Source: Octopus vulgaris (Eukaryota). Taken from it: a stretch of DNA of 64,000 nt. The first letter of the stretch is position 1. Each line of letters opens with the position of its first letter. Positions 40,715-54,029 of this stretch are shown one piece after another. Both the position numbers and the translations under genes were made by a program. The stretch covers positions 35,712,001-35,776,000 of the forward strand of contig OX597825.1 in NCBI GenBank assembly GCA_951406725.2, in the 5' to 3' direction. The notes under the pieces are model-generated. The model saw only the letters and a program-made list of their open reading frames with translations. It was not told the DNA's origin and did not search any database.

Positions 40715-41293
40715 ATGGTTGTGTGGTAGGAAGTTTGCTTCCCAACCACTTGGTTCCAAGTTCAATCTCACACCGCAGCAACTTCTGCAAATAGCTCGTA
40801 CTATAGCCCAGAGTTAACCAATGCCTCGTGAGTGATTCTGGTGGACAGAAACTGTGTGGAAGCCAGTTTAATGTATGTGTGTGTGTGTGTGTGTTGTTGT
40901 TTATACATATATCTATGTTATTGTGTTTGCACTTGTTCCAACTATCACCGCTTCTCAACCAAAATGGGTTTGTTGACGTTATCATAGCTTAAAGACCGAT
41001 AGAATAAGTATCAGATTTATAAAAAAAATTAAGAACTGATATCGCTTGTAAATGCATGAAACTCTCAGTTCTTGAGTCACTTTGTAACTTTATTGATAGA
41101 AATTTACACACATACACACACACACACATTATTGTGTCTGGGGCGAGTCATTCTCTTTTAGTGTCTTATTACTTAACACAGTCACCGGTTCGATGTATAT
41201 GTGAATACCATTCGCGTCGCATCACTATGGACTCCGTGTGGGCAGTCATCTAAATGCTTTTGTTCGTCATGATGCTAACATAAGTTCCTTGTC

Positions 41294-41374
41294 TTTCCTG
41301 ATGAGAAGGCGGCATAATGCACCCTTTATTCCTTCGGAATTAAGAATATGCAGTCTTCGAAACATATGTCGAGA
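41294..41374 (+). ncRNA. Canonical-core type-I hammerhead ribozyme motif
   Basis: TTTC-CTGATGA-GAAGGC-G-GCATA...TATGC-A-GTCTTC-GAAA-CATATG-TC-GAGA: intact core, long helix II, GUC site after 41370; host insert (about 41130-41570) ends in (TA)n. Confidence 0.85.
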
Positions 41375-41568
41375 ATAAAGGAATTTTGTTAAATCGTCGT
41401 TCGACTCCATTCTTTCATTTATCTATAGTAAAAAAACACAAATTTCCACACGAAAGCACGTGATTTCTGCCCTTGGCATGTAGCTTTAACCGTGCTTTCT
41501 GACGTAAATTTGCTACCGGTTAACCGAATTATCCATACTAGGTTAATTCATTCAACTACTTAAACATT

Positions 41569-41607
<39 letters not shown>

Positions 41608-41609
<2 letters not shown>

Positions 41610-41704
41610 GGTATGAGAGGTAATATCCATGGATAGACTAGGTTAATTTTCTTTATAAACCTTCTGATTCAGCCTTGGATTTTTTATCTATTCTGTCAAT
41701 TTAT

Positions 41705-41781
<77 letters not shown>

Positions 41782-41924
41782 GGTATGAGAGGTAATGCTA
41801 AGTAAGTGCTATGGATAGACCACAAAGTGATATATAAAATATCCCGGAAACAGCTGTAAGACCTTTTCTTTATAAACCTTCTGGAAACTATTTCCAGCCT
41901 TGGATTTTTTATCTTATTCTGTCA

Positions 41925-41930
<6 letters not shown>
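41608..41930 (+). repeat. Two tandem TA-separated copies of a pLTR-like tail fragment
   Basis: atggtatgagaggtaat...cagccttggattttttatct..ttctgtcaattt at about 41608-41701 and 41779-41928; the second copy has an HHR 3' half GAAA-CAGCTG-TA. Confidence 0.7.
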
Positions 41931-41968
<38 letters not shown>

Positions 41969-42100
41969 CAAATAAGAAAATGGAGAAGCACATTTGTTGG
42001 CTCATCAACTTTAGGACATTAAAATGTTGACTTATTTATTTATCAAAACGACAACCATAATAACATACATACATATATAGTTACATACATACATATATAC

Positions 42101-42196
<96 letters not shown>

Positions 42197-42704
42197 GTAA
42201 AAACGGTAAGATAACAAAAGAAATATATATATATATATATATATAGATATATATAATCAGTTAAGAGGTTAATATGTCCTCTAATTAACTTAAATGTGTG
42301 TGTGTGTAAACATATTTACAAAAGCCCCATAGTTAAAGTGTGAAAGTGGACAAAAACCCCATGGTTATATTTTGCTAAAATTTTTGAGTTTTTTTTTTTT
42401 TTTTTCACCCTTTACTTGTTTCGGTCATTAGACTGAGGCCACGCTGGGATTCGCCTTGAAGAATTTTTAGTTGGACATATCGACCCCAGATTTTTTTTCC
42501 TTTTTAATTGTTGCAGTTATTAGACTGCGGCTATGCTGGGGCACCACCTTGAAGAATTTTTATTCGAATGTAACGACCCCAGAAATTTTTTTTAATGATT
42601 TTCAACCAGCGCATAAAGTTAAGCCTAGAAGGTATCTCCACATGCTAGAAATTACAACCAAATCTCATGAAATTTTTTCATAACCCCCTTAGTTATTTAT
42701 TTAC

Positions 42705-42735
<31 letters not shown>

Positions 42736-42968
42736 TTTGCAATATAGGAACAGATGTTAGTGTCATTTGACTTGCGGCCATGCTAGAGCACCGCCTTTAG
42801 TCGAAGAAATCAACCCCAGAGCTTAATTTTTGTAAGCCTAGTACTTATTCTATCGGTCACTTTTGCCGAATCGCTAATTAACGGGGTGTAAACACACTAA
42901 CTCGGTTGCCAAGCGAGGGTGGGGGGACAAGCACAGTCACACAAGTACATATATAAGTACATATATAC

Positions 42969-43114
<146 letters not shown>

Positions 43115-43695
43115 GTATACGACAGGCTTCTTTCAGTTTCCGTCTACCAAATCCACTCACAGTAGATTTGGTAGACGCTTACCCAAGGTGCTACGCAGTG
43201 GGACTGAACCTGGAACCATGTGGTTGAGAAGCAAACTTCTTACCATACAGCCACATACATATGTGTGTGTGTGAGTGTGTGTGTGAGTGTGTGTGTGTCT
43301 GTGTGTGTGTATGTGTTTGTGTATACATATATATATATATATATACACACACATATACAAACACATATAATTATACAGACATATAATTATACACAAACTA
43401 TATACATATATATCTCTAATTTTCTAATTGTTGCAGTCGTTAGACTGCGGTCATGCTGGAGCACCACCGTGAAGAAATTTTAGTTGAATGAATCAACCGC
43501 ATTACTTTCTTTAAGCCTGGTACTTATTCTATCCTCTTTGCCGAACCTCTAGGTTACGGAGACGTAAACACACCAACACCAGTTGTTAATCGCTGGCGAA
43601 AGGACAAACACACACACACACACAGATATATGCACATCTCTCTCTCTCTTTCTCTCTCTCTCTACCTGTGTCTCTCCTTCTCTCTCCATACATAG

Positions 43696-43745
<50 letters not shown>

Positions 43746-43962
43746 ATCTATGTATGTATGTATGGATGGATGGATGGAAGGATGGATGTATGTATGGATG
43801 GATGGATGGATGGAGCAATAAGAAAATGGAGGAGATCAATAGGTGGTTCATCAATTTTTAGACATTATATTATGTCAACTTATCTATTTACTAAAATGAC
43901 TATTACAAGAATATACATACATGTATAACATATGCTTTACATATAAAATATATTAATATTAA

Positions 43963-44011
<49 letters not shown>

Positions 44012-44053
44012 CGGTGGTGCGGCCTTCGGGCTAAAACATTTTTAAGGATTTAA

Positions 44054-44126
<73 letters not shown>

Positions 44127-44298
44127 CTGTTATAGGCACAAGGCCTGAAATTTACAGAAAGGAGGTAAGTCGATTACATCGACCCCAGTGTGTAACTAGT
44201 TCTTATTTAATCGACCCGAAAGGATGAAAGGCAAAGTTGACATCGGCGGAACTTGAACTCAGAACGTAAACGGCAGACGAAATATCGCTAAGCATCGT

Positions 44299-44461
44299 TT
44301 TCGTCTACCAAATCCACTCAAAATGTTTTGGTCGGTCCGAGGCTATGGTAAAAGACACCCAAGATGCCACGCAGTGGGGATGAACTCAGAACCAAGCGGT
44401 TAGGAAGCAAGCTTCTTAGCACACAGCTACGCCTCTGCCTATATACGCACGCACACACACA

Positions 44462-44499
<38 letters not shown>

Positions 44500-44880
44500 G
44501 CGCAGAAGTGGCAGTGTAGTAAGAAGTTTGCTTCCCAACCACATGGTTCCGGGTTCAATCCCACTGCGTGGACCCATGGGCAAGCGTCTTCTACTATAGC
44601 CTCGGGCCGACCAAAGCCAGTGAGTGTATTTGGTAGACGGAAACTGGAAGAAGCCGCCGTATGCATGTGTGTGTTTGTGTCTATTTTGTCTGCGTTTGGT
44701 CCCCCATCACTGCTTGACAACCTGTGTTGGTGTGTTTACGTCGACGTAACTTAGCTGCTCGGCAAAAGAGAATGATGGATTAAAGATATATATAAGAATT
44801 GTGGTCGATTTATTTGACTAAAAATTCTCCAAGGCGGTGCCCCAGTATGGCCGCAGTCCAATTACTAAAACAAGTATAAA
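44299..44880. mobile_element. Head-to-head pair of family B SINEs
   Basis: Minus-strand copy 44299-44440 and plus-strand copy 44499-44880 separated by (CA)n. Confidence 0.8.
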
Positions 44881-45239
44881 AGGTAAAATAAAGGTAATAT
44901 TAATTTATATCCTTTTTACCTTTTTGATTTTGTTTCAGTCATTAGACCACGGCCATGTTGGGGCACCCGCTTGAAGAATTTTATATATACACACACGCAC
45001 ACACACACACACACACAACACAAATACACACACACACATAATATAAATAATATATAAATAAATGCATATATATATGTACATACCTAAATATATATGTATA
45101 CATACATTTACATATACATATGTAGGCATGTACATATATATATGTATATATGGGTATATTTATATACTATTTATATTAATATATGATCGCAAGCCACGCA
45201 TCCATTTCCAGGTAATTTTTATCTATCTATCTATCTATA

Positions 45240-45372
<133 letters not shown>

Positions 45373-45388
45373 TTGTATGTATGGATGG

Positions 45389-45440
45389 ATGGACATTTTA
45401 TAACGTGCATACATACATACATATATATATACATATAAAT

Positions 45441-45480
<40 letters not shown>

Positions 45481-45612
45481 GTTTGTATGTATGTATGTAT
45501 GTATGTATGTATATGTATATATATATATTTATAAATGGACATTTTATAACGTGCATACATACATACATAAATATATATATATATGTATACACATTTATAT
45601 ATATACATATAT

Positions 45613-45645
<33 letters not shown>

Positions 45646-45698
45646 AATATATACATATATATACACACACACATATATGGACATTTTATAACGTGTAC
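45389..45698 (+). repeat. Higher-order tandem repeat of compound microsatellite
   Basis: atggacattttataacgtg recurs at about 45389, 45535 and 45677, separated by TACA/TA/CA tracts. Confidence 0.8.
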
Positions 45699-47203
45699 AC
45701 GAATGTGACTCCGTATATATTAATGTGCGTGAGTGAGAGAGAGAGGAGGGGAGGATGGCATAGTAATGTGTAAATGTAACCAATCGCAAAGCAGTCGTTA
45801 GGGTTGTCCTGCAGTCAACGTAAGGCCGTGTAGGTGTTTGTAGTAAAGACAGTGGCAGTATGAGGATGAGGTGTGGGTGGAGGAACGTGCGAACATGAAA
45901 AAAGGCTGAAGGGGAGACAGGTGTAACAAAAAAAAAAGCAATTTCATATACAAATAAATAAACAAATAAATATATAAACAAAAGAGGAGGAAAAGCGAGA
46001 GGAGTCAATTGCAAAAAAAGAAAAAGGCAAGACTTTAAAAAGAAATAGGAAGTAAGATGGCGATGGTGGTAGCGGGTCTGTTGGGCTGATAGTCGATGTT
46101 GATAGTGGTGGTGGTGGTGGTTTCTTTCCAAGTGGTTCCAGATGGGAATTGCGATGACGTCAGCAGGTTGTCGGCCAGGTTGACTTAGCCAAGGTATAAT
46201 AGGTGCCACTCACATCGAACGCACATCATTTCAACGCTGGTCTCCTGCCACTGCTGTGTACAGCTCCGTCGTCGTCATCGTCGGCAAACACTAAAAGCAA
46301 TAAACAATAACAAAAAGAAGCAAAAACATTTACCGAAGCGAATGAAGATTAATGAAAGTTAGCTAAAATACAACCGACCAATAGTTAAATAAACTAAACC
46401 GAATTTTCTAAACTGGAATTATTATATTTTATTGTCTGAAATCCAAGGACGCTGTGAAGTGGGAGAAAATACAAAACAAAGCAAAAAAAAAAGAAAAATA
46501 TTCGACGAGGTGGTCACTAGAATATGGAACAGTAGAGGAGTAACAATTATTTTGAAAGAATGTTACAACTAGACGGCGATCTTTCTGTTTGATATCCTTC
46601 TTTTCTTTATTTATTTCTTACTTTCAGAGTTTTCTTTACATAGAGTAAAGATCGCTAAATCTCTTCGCTTTAACACCACTACCACTGCCACTATCACTAC
46701 AACCACCACCAACAACAACAACAATACTACCACCACCTCTTCCCACCAACTTCAAGCCTTGTATAAATCTCGAGTTGATTCCTCGGTCTAATCCTTATTC
46801 TAAACTCACTGAGTATATTTGACAAACTTGCTTGAATACACAGTCGCAGTGAGAAAGTGTGTCAGTTTGCGTGTTTGCTCCAAACGCGAGCTCATTGAAC
46901 AAGATTTACAAAAGTAAAACAGCGCTGTTAATCACTTGAAGGTTGTACATATCAAGAGAGGTGCACCTAAACATTTTTTTTGAGACCCTTCAATATTTAC
47001 TCATCTGATCAAATAGCCAATTTTCTTTCGTATTTGCTTCGTGTTCTCTTAACAGTCTTCATTCAGTTTACTTATTAAAGTATTCACAGCAAAGATAAGT
47101 TCACTGTTAACAGTCACAGCATCTTATTCTTATTTTCCTTTTCTCTGATCATATTTTATAGACATTGACAGTTCTTTAGGGTATCATATATCCACTAAAC
47201 ACA

Positions 47204-47753
47204 ATGCATTTACATCATTACAGCAATCTACTTCTCAGCTCCCTTATTCTTCTTTTATACGTACCAACAGCACACCTTACGTACAGCCCTAAATATCCTT
47301 GTCGTTCTACCAGACCAACACAATGGGAAAGAGACCCACAAAACTGTAGCAAGTATTACTTCTGCATTTACGGACGACCAATATTAATGCCAGCGTGTGC
47401 TTATGGTCTGGTCTGGTCACAAAGTGGTTCGGCTTGTGTTGAGGTTAATTCCTACTGGGACGACTGCAAGCCCAGTGCCTCTGTGAGTCCTACAACTGTA
47501 CGTTCAACAAATATACGTTCTACCACTACAGCTCAGTACACTGATTACACAGTTCCACAAACAAAACTACTTGCAACAGGAAGCAGAATAACAACCGCAC
47601 CACCATCACCACCAACAACAACAATAACAACAGAAGCAACAACAACCAGAGCATCAACAACAGAAGCAACAACAACAACAACACCAACAACAATGACGAC
47701 GATATTAACTAGTACAATACCCACGAGTACACTAAACCCCAAAATTCCAAAAG
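47204..47753 (+). CDS. First coding exon of a secreted chitin-binding (CBM14/peritrophin-A) mucin-like protein; gene continues downstream
   Basis: ATG at 47204; hydrophobic signal peptide (LLLSSLILLLYVPTAHLT); six-Cys domain CRSTRPTQWERDPQNCSKYYFCIYGRPILMPACAYGLVWSQSGSACVEVNSYWDDC with CBM14-type DP.NCSKYY.C and C..GLVW motifs; Thr/Ser/Pro-rich stalk; strong donor AAG|GTATGT at 47753/47754 (phase 1). Candidate upstream acceptor (polypyrimidine + TAG) ending at 47161. Downstream exons not identified. Confidence 0.88.
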
Positions 47754-48879
47754 GTATGTAAATTTTCGTTATCATCACCATCAGCATTATCATTGTTATT
47801 GACAATATCGTTTTATAGGAAATGTCTAATTGTATGTATCACCATCGTCAACATCATTATTTATATCGTCGTCATTGACACTACCATCATTGTCATAACC
47901 ATCATCCTCGTCGACATGATCATCACCATCATCAGTATCACTATCATCATCGTTATCATTGATACCATTATCACAATCACCGCCACCTTTATCATTGTTA
48001 TCCTCCTTATCACGGCTACTATTATCACCACTACCATCACCATCATTCAGGTATCACAGTGACCATAGTTGCCATGGCTTTCATCATCATCATCGTCGTC
48101 GTCGTCGCTGTTGTCATTATGGTCATCAACGTTATCATTGTCACCTCCGACACCGTCAACAATCCTAGCCAATGAGGGAGCCCTTATGCGGTCACTCAGC
48201 CAGCCAAATATTGCAACCAAACTTCTTTAGCATTCAAACCGGCCAAATCAGGCCCAAACACTCGACCCGCTTTGTGTTCAAACTGACCAGATTCAGGCCT
48301 ATCACACTTACCCTGCAATGTCATTTTGAAAATAACAAACACATCATCAAAATCTTGAAGCTTTTAATTCAAACAATGTGAATAAATAAACATTACATTT
48401 GGCAGAGTGATCTGAATGCTAAAGAGTTACATTACATCCTACTATTTCCAAGAAGGGAAGGGCAAGTGGAATAATGTAACCTGATGCTCTGTGCCTATAT
48501 ATACATATAAATAAAGTATATAGCAATGCTGTCCCATTGGATGCTTATTTATTTATATATATGCATATATATATATATATATTATATTTTACTTCTTATG
48601 GTAAATGCTTTATATGGAACGTATATCATTTAACTACTTATCTTCATATAGAGAGAATGTTTCTGAAACCTTTTTCCCTCGTATTTTCAAACAACCGTTA
48701 GCCGCATCAGTTATAGTTAATACACAACTAGACTCAACACTACTTTAGCATGTTTTCATCTTTCATTTTTCATAAGCACATTATGCATGTCCGAATACGT
48801 TACGTGACACTCACTCCATCTAGTCTTCTGTTACAATATAATATTCTTCTTATGTATTCTTTTTGATGCATTATTCTTT

Positions 48880-48995
48880 TGCACTGAAGAGAACAGTAAT
48901 ATGTAATGAATTTAATTATAATTATAATTAAATTAATTTATAATTTTTCCATGTTATTCACATGTTAATATTACCGTTCGAAACGATCGTATGCA
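48880..48995 (+). ncRNA. Canonical-core type-I hammerhead motif, sense orientation in intron
   Basis: TGCA-CTGAAGA-GAAC-A-GTAATAT...ATATTAC-C-GTTC-GAAA-CGATCG-TA-TGCA: all core nucleotides and helices present; GUA site after 48991. Confidence 0.85.
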
Positions 48996-49225
48996 TGGAT
49001 TAAATTTTTCTTTAACTTTTAACACCTTCTCCTCTCCATCTTTAATTGTCTGTTGAGTTTCTATAGGATACGTGTTCTATAAATGCTCATAACACACCTT
49101 ATACGTATATGTGTGTGTGTGTATGTGTGTGTGCATGTGTGTATGTGTGTGCGTGTGTGTGTATATGTTTGTATATATGTGTGTGTGTGTGTGTATGTGT
49201 GTATATATATATATATAAATGCATG

Positions 49226-49277
<52 letters not shown>

Positions 49278-49346
49278 CATACATGCATACATACATACAT
49301 ATATACATACATACATACATACATACATACATACATACATACATGC

Positions 49347-49377
<31 letters not shown>

Positions 49378-49910
49378 CGCTTTCTTTCCTGTCTCTGTTT
49401 GTCCGCCCCCGTCACCGCTTGATAACAAGTGTTGATGTGCTTGCGTCTCCGTAACTTAGCAGTTTGACATAGAGACCGATAGAATAAGTACTAGGCTTTA
49501 AAAAATATATTAGTATTGGCGGTCGATTTGTTCGACAAAAATTCTTCCTGAGTATGATGACTATTGACTGAAGCAAGTAAAAGAATGAAACATAAAATGA
49601 ATGTAGTCTTGATCAGAGAGAGGGGGGGAGGGACCCAGCTGAGACTTTCACCTTGATCCAGCGGCACATCCGGAATATGAGAGTCGGAAGGAGAGAAGGC
49701 TGCATCAGTATTAGGTAGGCACTCGTTTCAAGTGAATAAATTGGAACAACGTGAAACCCAAAGCACCTTACTCTTGTCCAAAGACACAACGAGCTGTCTG
49801 ATTCAGGGATCGAACCCAACGTTTTATGATTGTCTGCCCAACAACCTTAACAATTAAAACTTCGTAAATAACGATTAAGCTGTTTAGCGCATGTATGTGT
49901 GTGTGTGTGT

Positions 49911-49970
<60 letters not shown>

Positions 49971-50061
49971 CTCCTTGTTTGTACTAGAGAATAAACGTCA
50001 AGAATATTTTGCGTATTTAATAATTCCGTAGTTGGATTATCATTGTAACATTCCCACATTG

Positions 50062-50098
<37 letters not shown>

Positions 50099-50115
50099 GT
50101 ATGTATGTATGTATG

Positions 50116-50173
<58 letters not shown>

Positions 50174-50748
50174 CCTATCTAACTATGTCTGTATGTATGT
50201 GTGTCTACGTATATATGTTTGTGTGTATTTATACATATGTATATATGAATGTATATATGTGTGTATCTATGCATACATGTATGTATGTATACTGAACTAA
50301 CCTCTATTGTTAAAAGCAGCATTGTTTTTTAAATACCAACATTAGTAATCACCAAAAATGACAATATTTTCATTTATATCAGAAATTCCATCAACAAACT
50401 TGGTCCTTGACAATATCAAAATTTACAAAAAAACATTTAACAGAATCATACTCTTATATTTCCATATCTAAAGGTGTATTTTATAAACAAGAGAGAAATA
50501 GCAGCAAAATAACCTATTGTCTTTAGTAACAAAATAATACATATGAGATCAGTATTTCGTTGTTTTGTTTTGTCCCACACACCCGCTTCGATTTTCAAAA
50601 CAAATAGTTAAATAAGTAAATAAAAAGGTGAAATAAAAACAAGGTAAAAGAATTTAGCATATATGTGGAATGAACAAAAAAAACAAGAAAAAAACACAAG
50701 TGGGAGAAGTCTTATACATACATACACATACATACATACATACATACA

Positions 50749-50779
<31 letters not shown>

Positions 50780-50995
50780 TCTTTTCTACACCAGGCACAA
50801 GACCCGAAATTTTTGGGACGTGGGGGCCAGTCGATTAGATCAACCCCAGTACGTAACTGGTACTTAATTTATCGATCCCGGTAGGATGAAAGACAAAATC
50901 AACCTCGGCAGAATTTGAACTCGGAACGTAGCGGCAGACGAAATACCACTAAGCATTTCGCCGGGCGTGCTAACGTTTCTGCCAGCTCGCCGCCT

Positions 50996-51181
50996 TATTA
51001 AAAATGGGGAACGCCGGTTTATGGGATTACGCTAGGTTTCCCGTCTATAAAGGGCGTATAGTTAGATCCCAAAACATGTTGGCCCACGGCCTTGGGATCT
51101 GACATTATGCCATAAAGCCAAATCCTTTATGGAGTGGAAACCTAACGTAATCCCATAAACCGGCCATCTCCATTTTTAATA
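50996..51181. repeat. Fold-back insert with degenerate hammerhead (51093-51155)
   Basis: Arms 50996-51041 / 51136-51181; TGGGAT-CTGACAT-..CCATAAAG..CTTTATGG..-GAAA-CCTAACG-TA-ATCCCA (6-bp helix I; core G8A9 lost). Confidence 0.7.
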
Positions 51182-51241
51182 TATACTGTTCTACATCTTA
51201 GAGTGTGTTTCTTATTTCGGATTTTACAGACGATATATATA

Positions 51242-51285
<44 letters not shown>

Positions 51286-51324
51286 AGAGAGAGAGAGAGA
51301 GAGAGAGAGACTTTGAACTCTGTT

Positions 51325-52023
51325 GTACATGCATACTAAGTTTTAACGTTCTAGCTCATTTCCGCTGTTTACAACAGTGTTTGGAAGGAAGGTGCGTAGC
51401 GTGTGATCGGCGCGTTGACCATGACAGAGAACGTTGTTATGGCGATACCTGCTAAGAGGCTTACGCAAAGTTGCAGAAAGTGTATGGAAAGGAGTGTATG
51501 AGCCGCACACAAGTGTACGAGTGGTTCAGACGTTTCCAAGATGGCCGAAAAAATGTCGCTATTGACGAACATTCTGAGAGACCCGCAGCCAGCAGAACTG
51601 AGGAAAACATCGCAGATGTGCGTGCAGCTGCGAGACGAAATTGTCGAATCTCCATCTGTGAGTTATCAGAGCATGTGCAGATTAGTTGCAGTTCAGTTCA
51701 GTTCATTATCACTGAAGATTTGGGTATGAGACGCGTATCTGCCAAGTTTGTGTCAAAACTGCTTTCAGATGACCAAAAAGACACTCGGGCTTCAGTTGCA
51801 CAAGATCTCCTTGATTGAGTCGAGAACGATGAAAACGTTTTGAAAACTTTGTGTGGGCCTCTGAGCAGGTATCTCCAAGCTTTTGGCAAAAGTTAATGCA
51901 GATTCTCTGCTCTACTTTCTATGTTATTGTGAATGCGACGATCACACGCTACACACCTTCCCTCCAAGCACTGGTGTAAACAGCGAAGGTGAGATGGAAC
52001 GTTAAAACTTAGTGCGTATGCAC
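51325..52023 (+). mobile_element. Internally deleted mariner with long (about 85 bp) inverted termini
   Basis: Inverted ends about 51325-51409 / 51938-52023; residual N-terminal transposase LQKVYGKECMSRTQVYEWFRRFQDGR...LGMRRVSAKFVSKLL. Confidence 0.88.
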
Positions 52024-52231
52024 AGCAGTGTTCAGGGTCAATCTGTACCAAGCGGCTTCACTGTCCATGCCTTAGCTTCGTTAATATAGCACAGACTATA
52101 TATATATATATATACATATATTACATATATACATATATATACATATATACATACATACATGCATGCATGCATGCATACATACATACATACATACATACAT
52201 ACATACATACATACATACATACATACATACA

Positions 52232-52267
<36 letters not shown>

Positions 52268-52289
52268 TTTATATATATATATATATACT

Positions 52290-53600
52290 TTGGGTATGGT
52301 AGAAAAAAATTAGATTCAGATGAATATGGTACTTAAGTTGAGGCACCAGAATTTAGTACGGTATTATCTATATAATTTCAAAGTAAGGAGATAAAAATCA
52401 AAATAAGCTCAAGGATATCCAGAGGTAATGCAGTACGATCGTTTCATGCAACTCCTTTTAATTGAACAATGCAATCATTACATCAATTTAAAATGTAGAA
52501 CAATCTTCAGCTGCACAAAGACACAGAATTTAATTAAATTAGAACAGATGGACACATTAGTATAATTATACCTAAAATCTCCAAGAAGTTACGGAGATAG
52601 ACAAATAACATGTCTCTACTCCAGCATAGAAGTTACTAAAATTATCAAGAAGACTCTGCCTGTCACTGATTTTTTGTCTTTATGGAGTCAGTTTTAATTT
52701 ATAGACTAGTTTATCAAATCCTTTGTACATCTAAGGCTGAGAGAGTAGAGGGCATTATCTGTTAGGGGTAGGGCTGAGGGAGTAGACACACATTCTAGTT
52801 AGTATAGTCATAAAAAATCAAGATTTATTATAAGCAATATCATGAGGTTTAGAAGGGGAAAACTTAAAACAAGATGTTAGCTGATAATTGAAGGGGTCGC
52901 CCACTAGCAGACTATTGATAATGAAACAGGGGAAGTCTTATCATGTGGTACTATAGTTAAATATTTTAAACAATGTTGCTATATTGTATACAGTTAAAGT
53001 TTATGGTTATTTAAATGATTATTAAGAAGAATATTATAACAAAAGGATAGAAATTTATGAATACTTTTGAGTATATACCAAATTTTTACGACAATAGAGG
53101 GAGGAAAAGAAATTATCTAGAAATAGTTTAATATTTATACATATTGTATAGTTAAATACTAACTCATCAGATGGTATCTGTGAATATTGATTCATTGGTA
53201 TATACTGGTATTAATAAAGGAGTATTGGGGTAAAGGAAAATACTAATTATATATTAATAAAATGTTAATCTAAACAGTATTTTTTTCATAAGTAGTGAAT
53301 ATACCAGTATAGTTTTATATAAGCTAAGTATGAATTTATAGAGATACAAAAATTAGATTAATTTTATAAATAAATAAAGGCTAATTATAAAATAATAAAG
53401 AAATAAAATAAAATAATCAAGTAGGGCAGAACACCATAGAAAAGGAAATAAAATGGGTTAATTACTAATACTATGGTAAAGTATATACAGCTTGCTAACA
53501 CCAATAGAGAAGATTTTTAGAAAAAGTATAATAATTCAAAATATATTACATTAAAAATTATATATTTACTTATTTAGCTAATATCAATAAAAAACTGATG
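52290..53600 (-). mobile_element. AT-rich PLE-like element body ending in an HHR-bearing tail at a TA tract
   Basis: 1.3-kb AT-rich block between TA tracts with the hammerhead near its minus-strand 3' end; no intact ORF. Confidence 0.4.
52429..52515 (-). ncRNA. Type-I hammerhead motif with eroded helix II
   Basis: Minus strand TGCAG-CTGAAGA-TTG...GCAT-GAAA-CGATCG-TA-CTGCA: perfect 5-bp helix I, palindromic helix III. Confidence 0.68.
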
Positions 53601-53602
53601 TT

Positions 53603-53646
<44 letters not shown>

Positions 53647-54029
53647 GCTGTGTGGAAAGATGCTTGCTTCCCTACCACATGGTTCTGGGTTCAGCCCCAC
53701 TGAGTGGCACCTTGTCACGTGCCTTCTCCAATAGCCTTGGGCCGACCAAAGCCTTGTGAGTGAATTTTGTAAACCGAAACTGAAAGACGACCGCCATGTG
53801 TGTGTGTGTGTGTGTGTGTGTGCTTGTCCCAACACCATTTGACAACCGGTGCTGGTGTGTTCACGTCCACGTAACTTAGCGGTTCGGCCTAAGAGACCGA
53901 TAGAATAAGTACCGGCTTGAAAAATATCTCGGGGGCAATTCATTCGACTAAAACTCTTCAACGTGGTACCCAAGGATAGCCACAGTCGAATCACTGAAAC
54001 AAGTAAAAGAAAAAGATAAAAGAGATATA

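Noticed and set aside
41608-41701. First tandem copy as an independent insertion event
   Set aside because: Multiple small deletions between long TA tracts could be an assembly or consensus artefact; not interpreted further.
45389-45698. Regularly spaced short repeat resembling a CRISPR-like array
   Set aside because: Spacers are microsatellites, only three units, eukaryotic context and no cas genes.
47793-48168. Hydrophobic Ile/Thr-rich ORFs after the exon
   Set aside because: Degenerate (ATC)n repeat lying after a strong splice donor, i.e. intronic.
53120-53175. Minus-strand CTGATGAG (also 572-578 minus and 31587 plus)
   Set aside because: No GAAA in register with a closing helix II; cannot be supported as a ribozyme.
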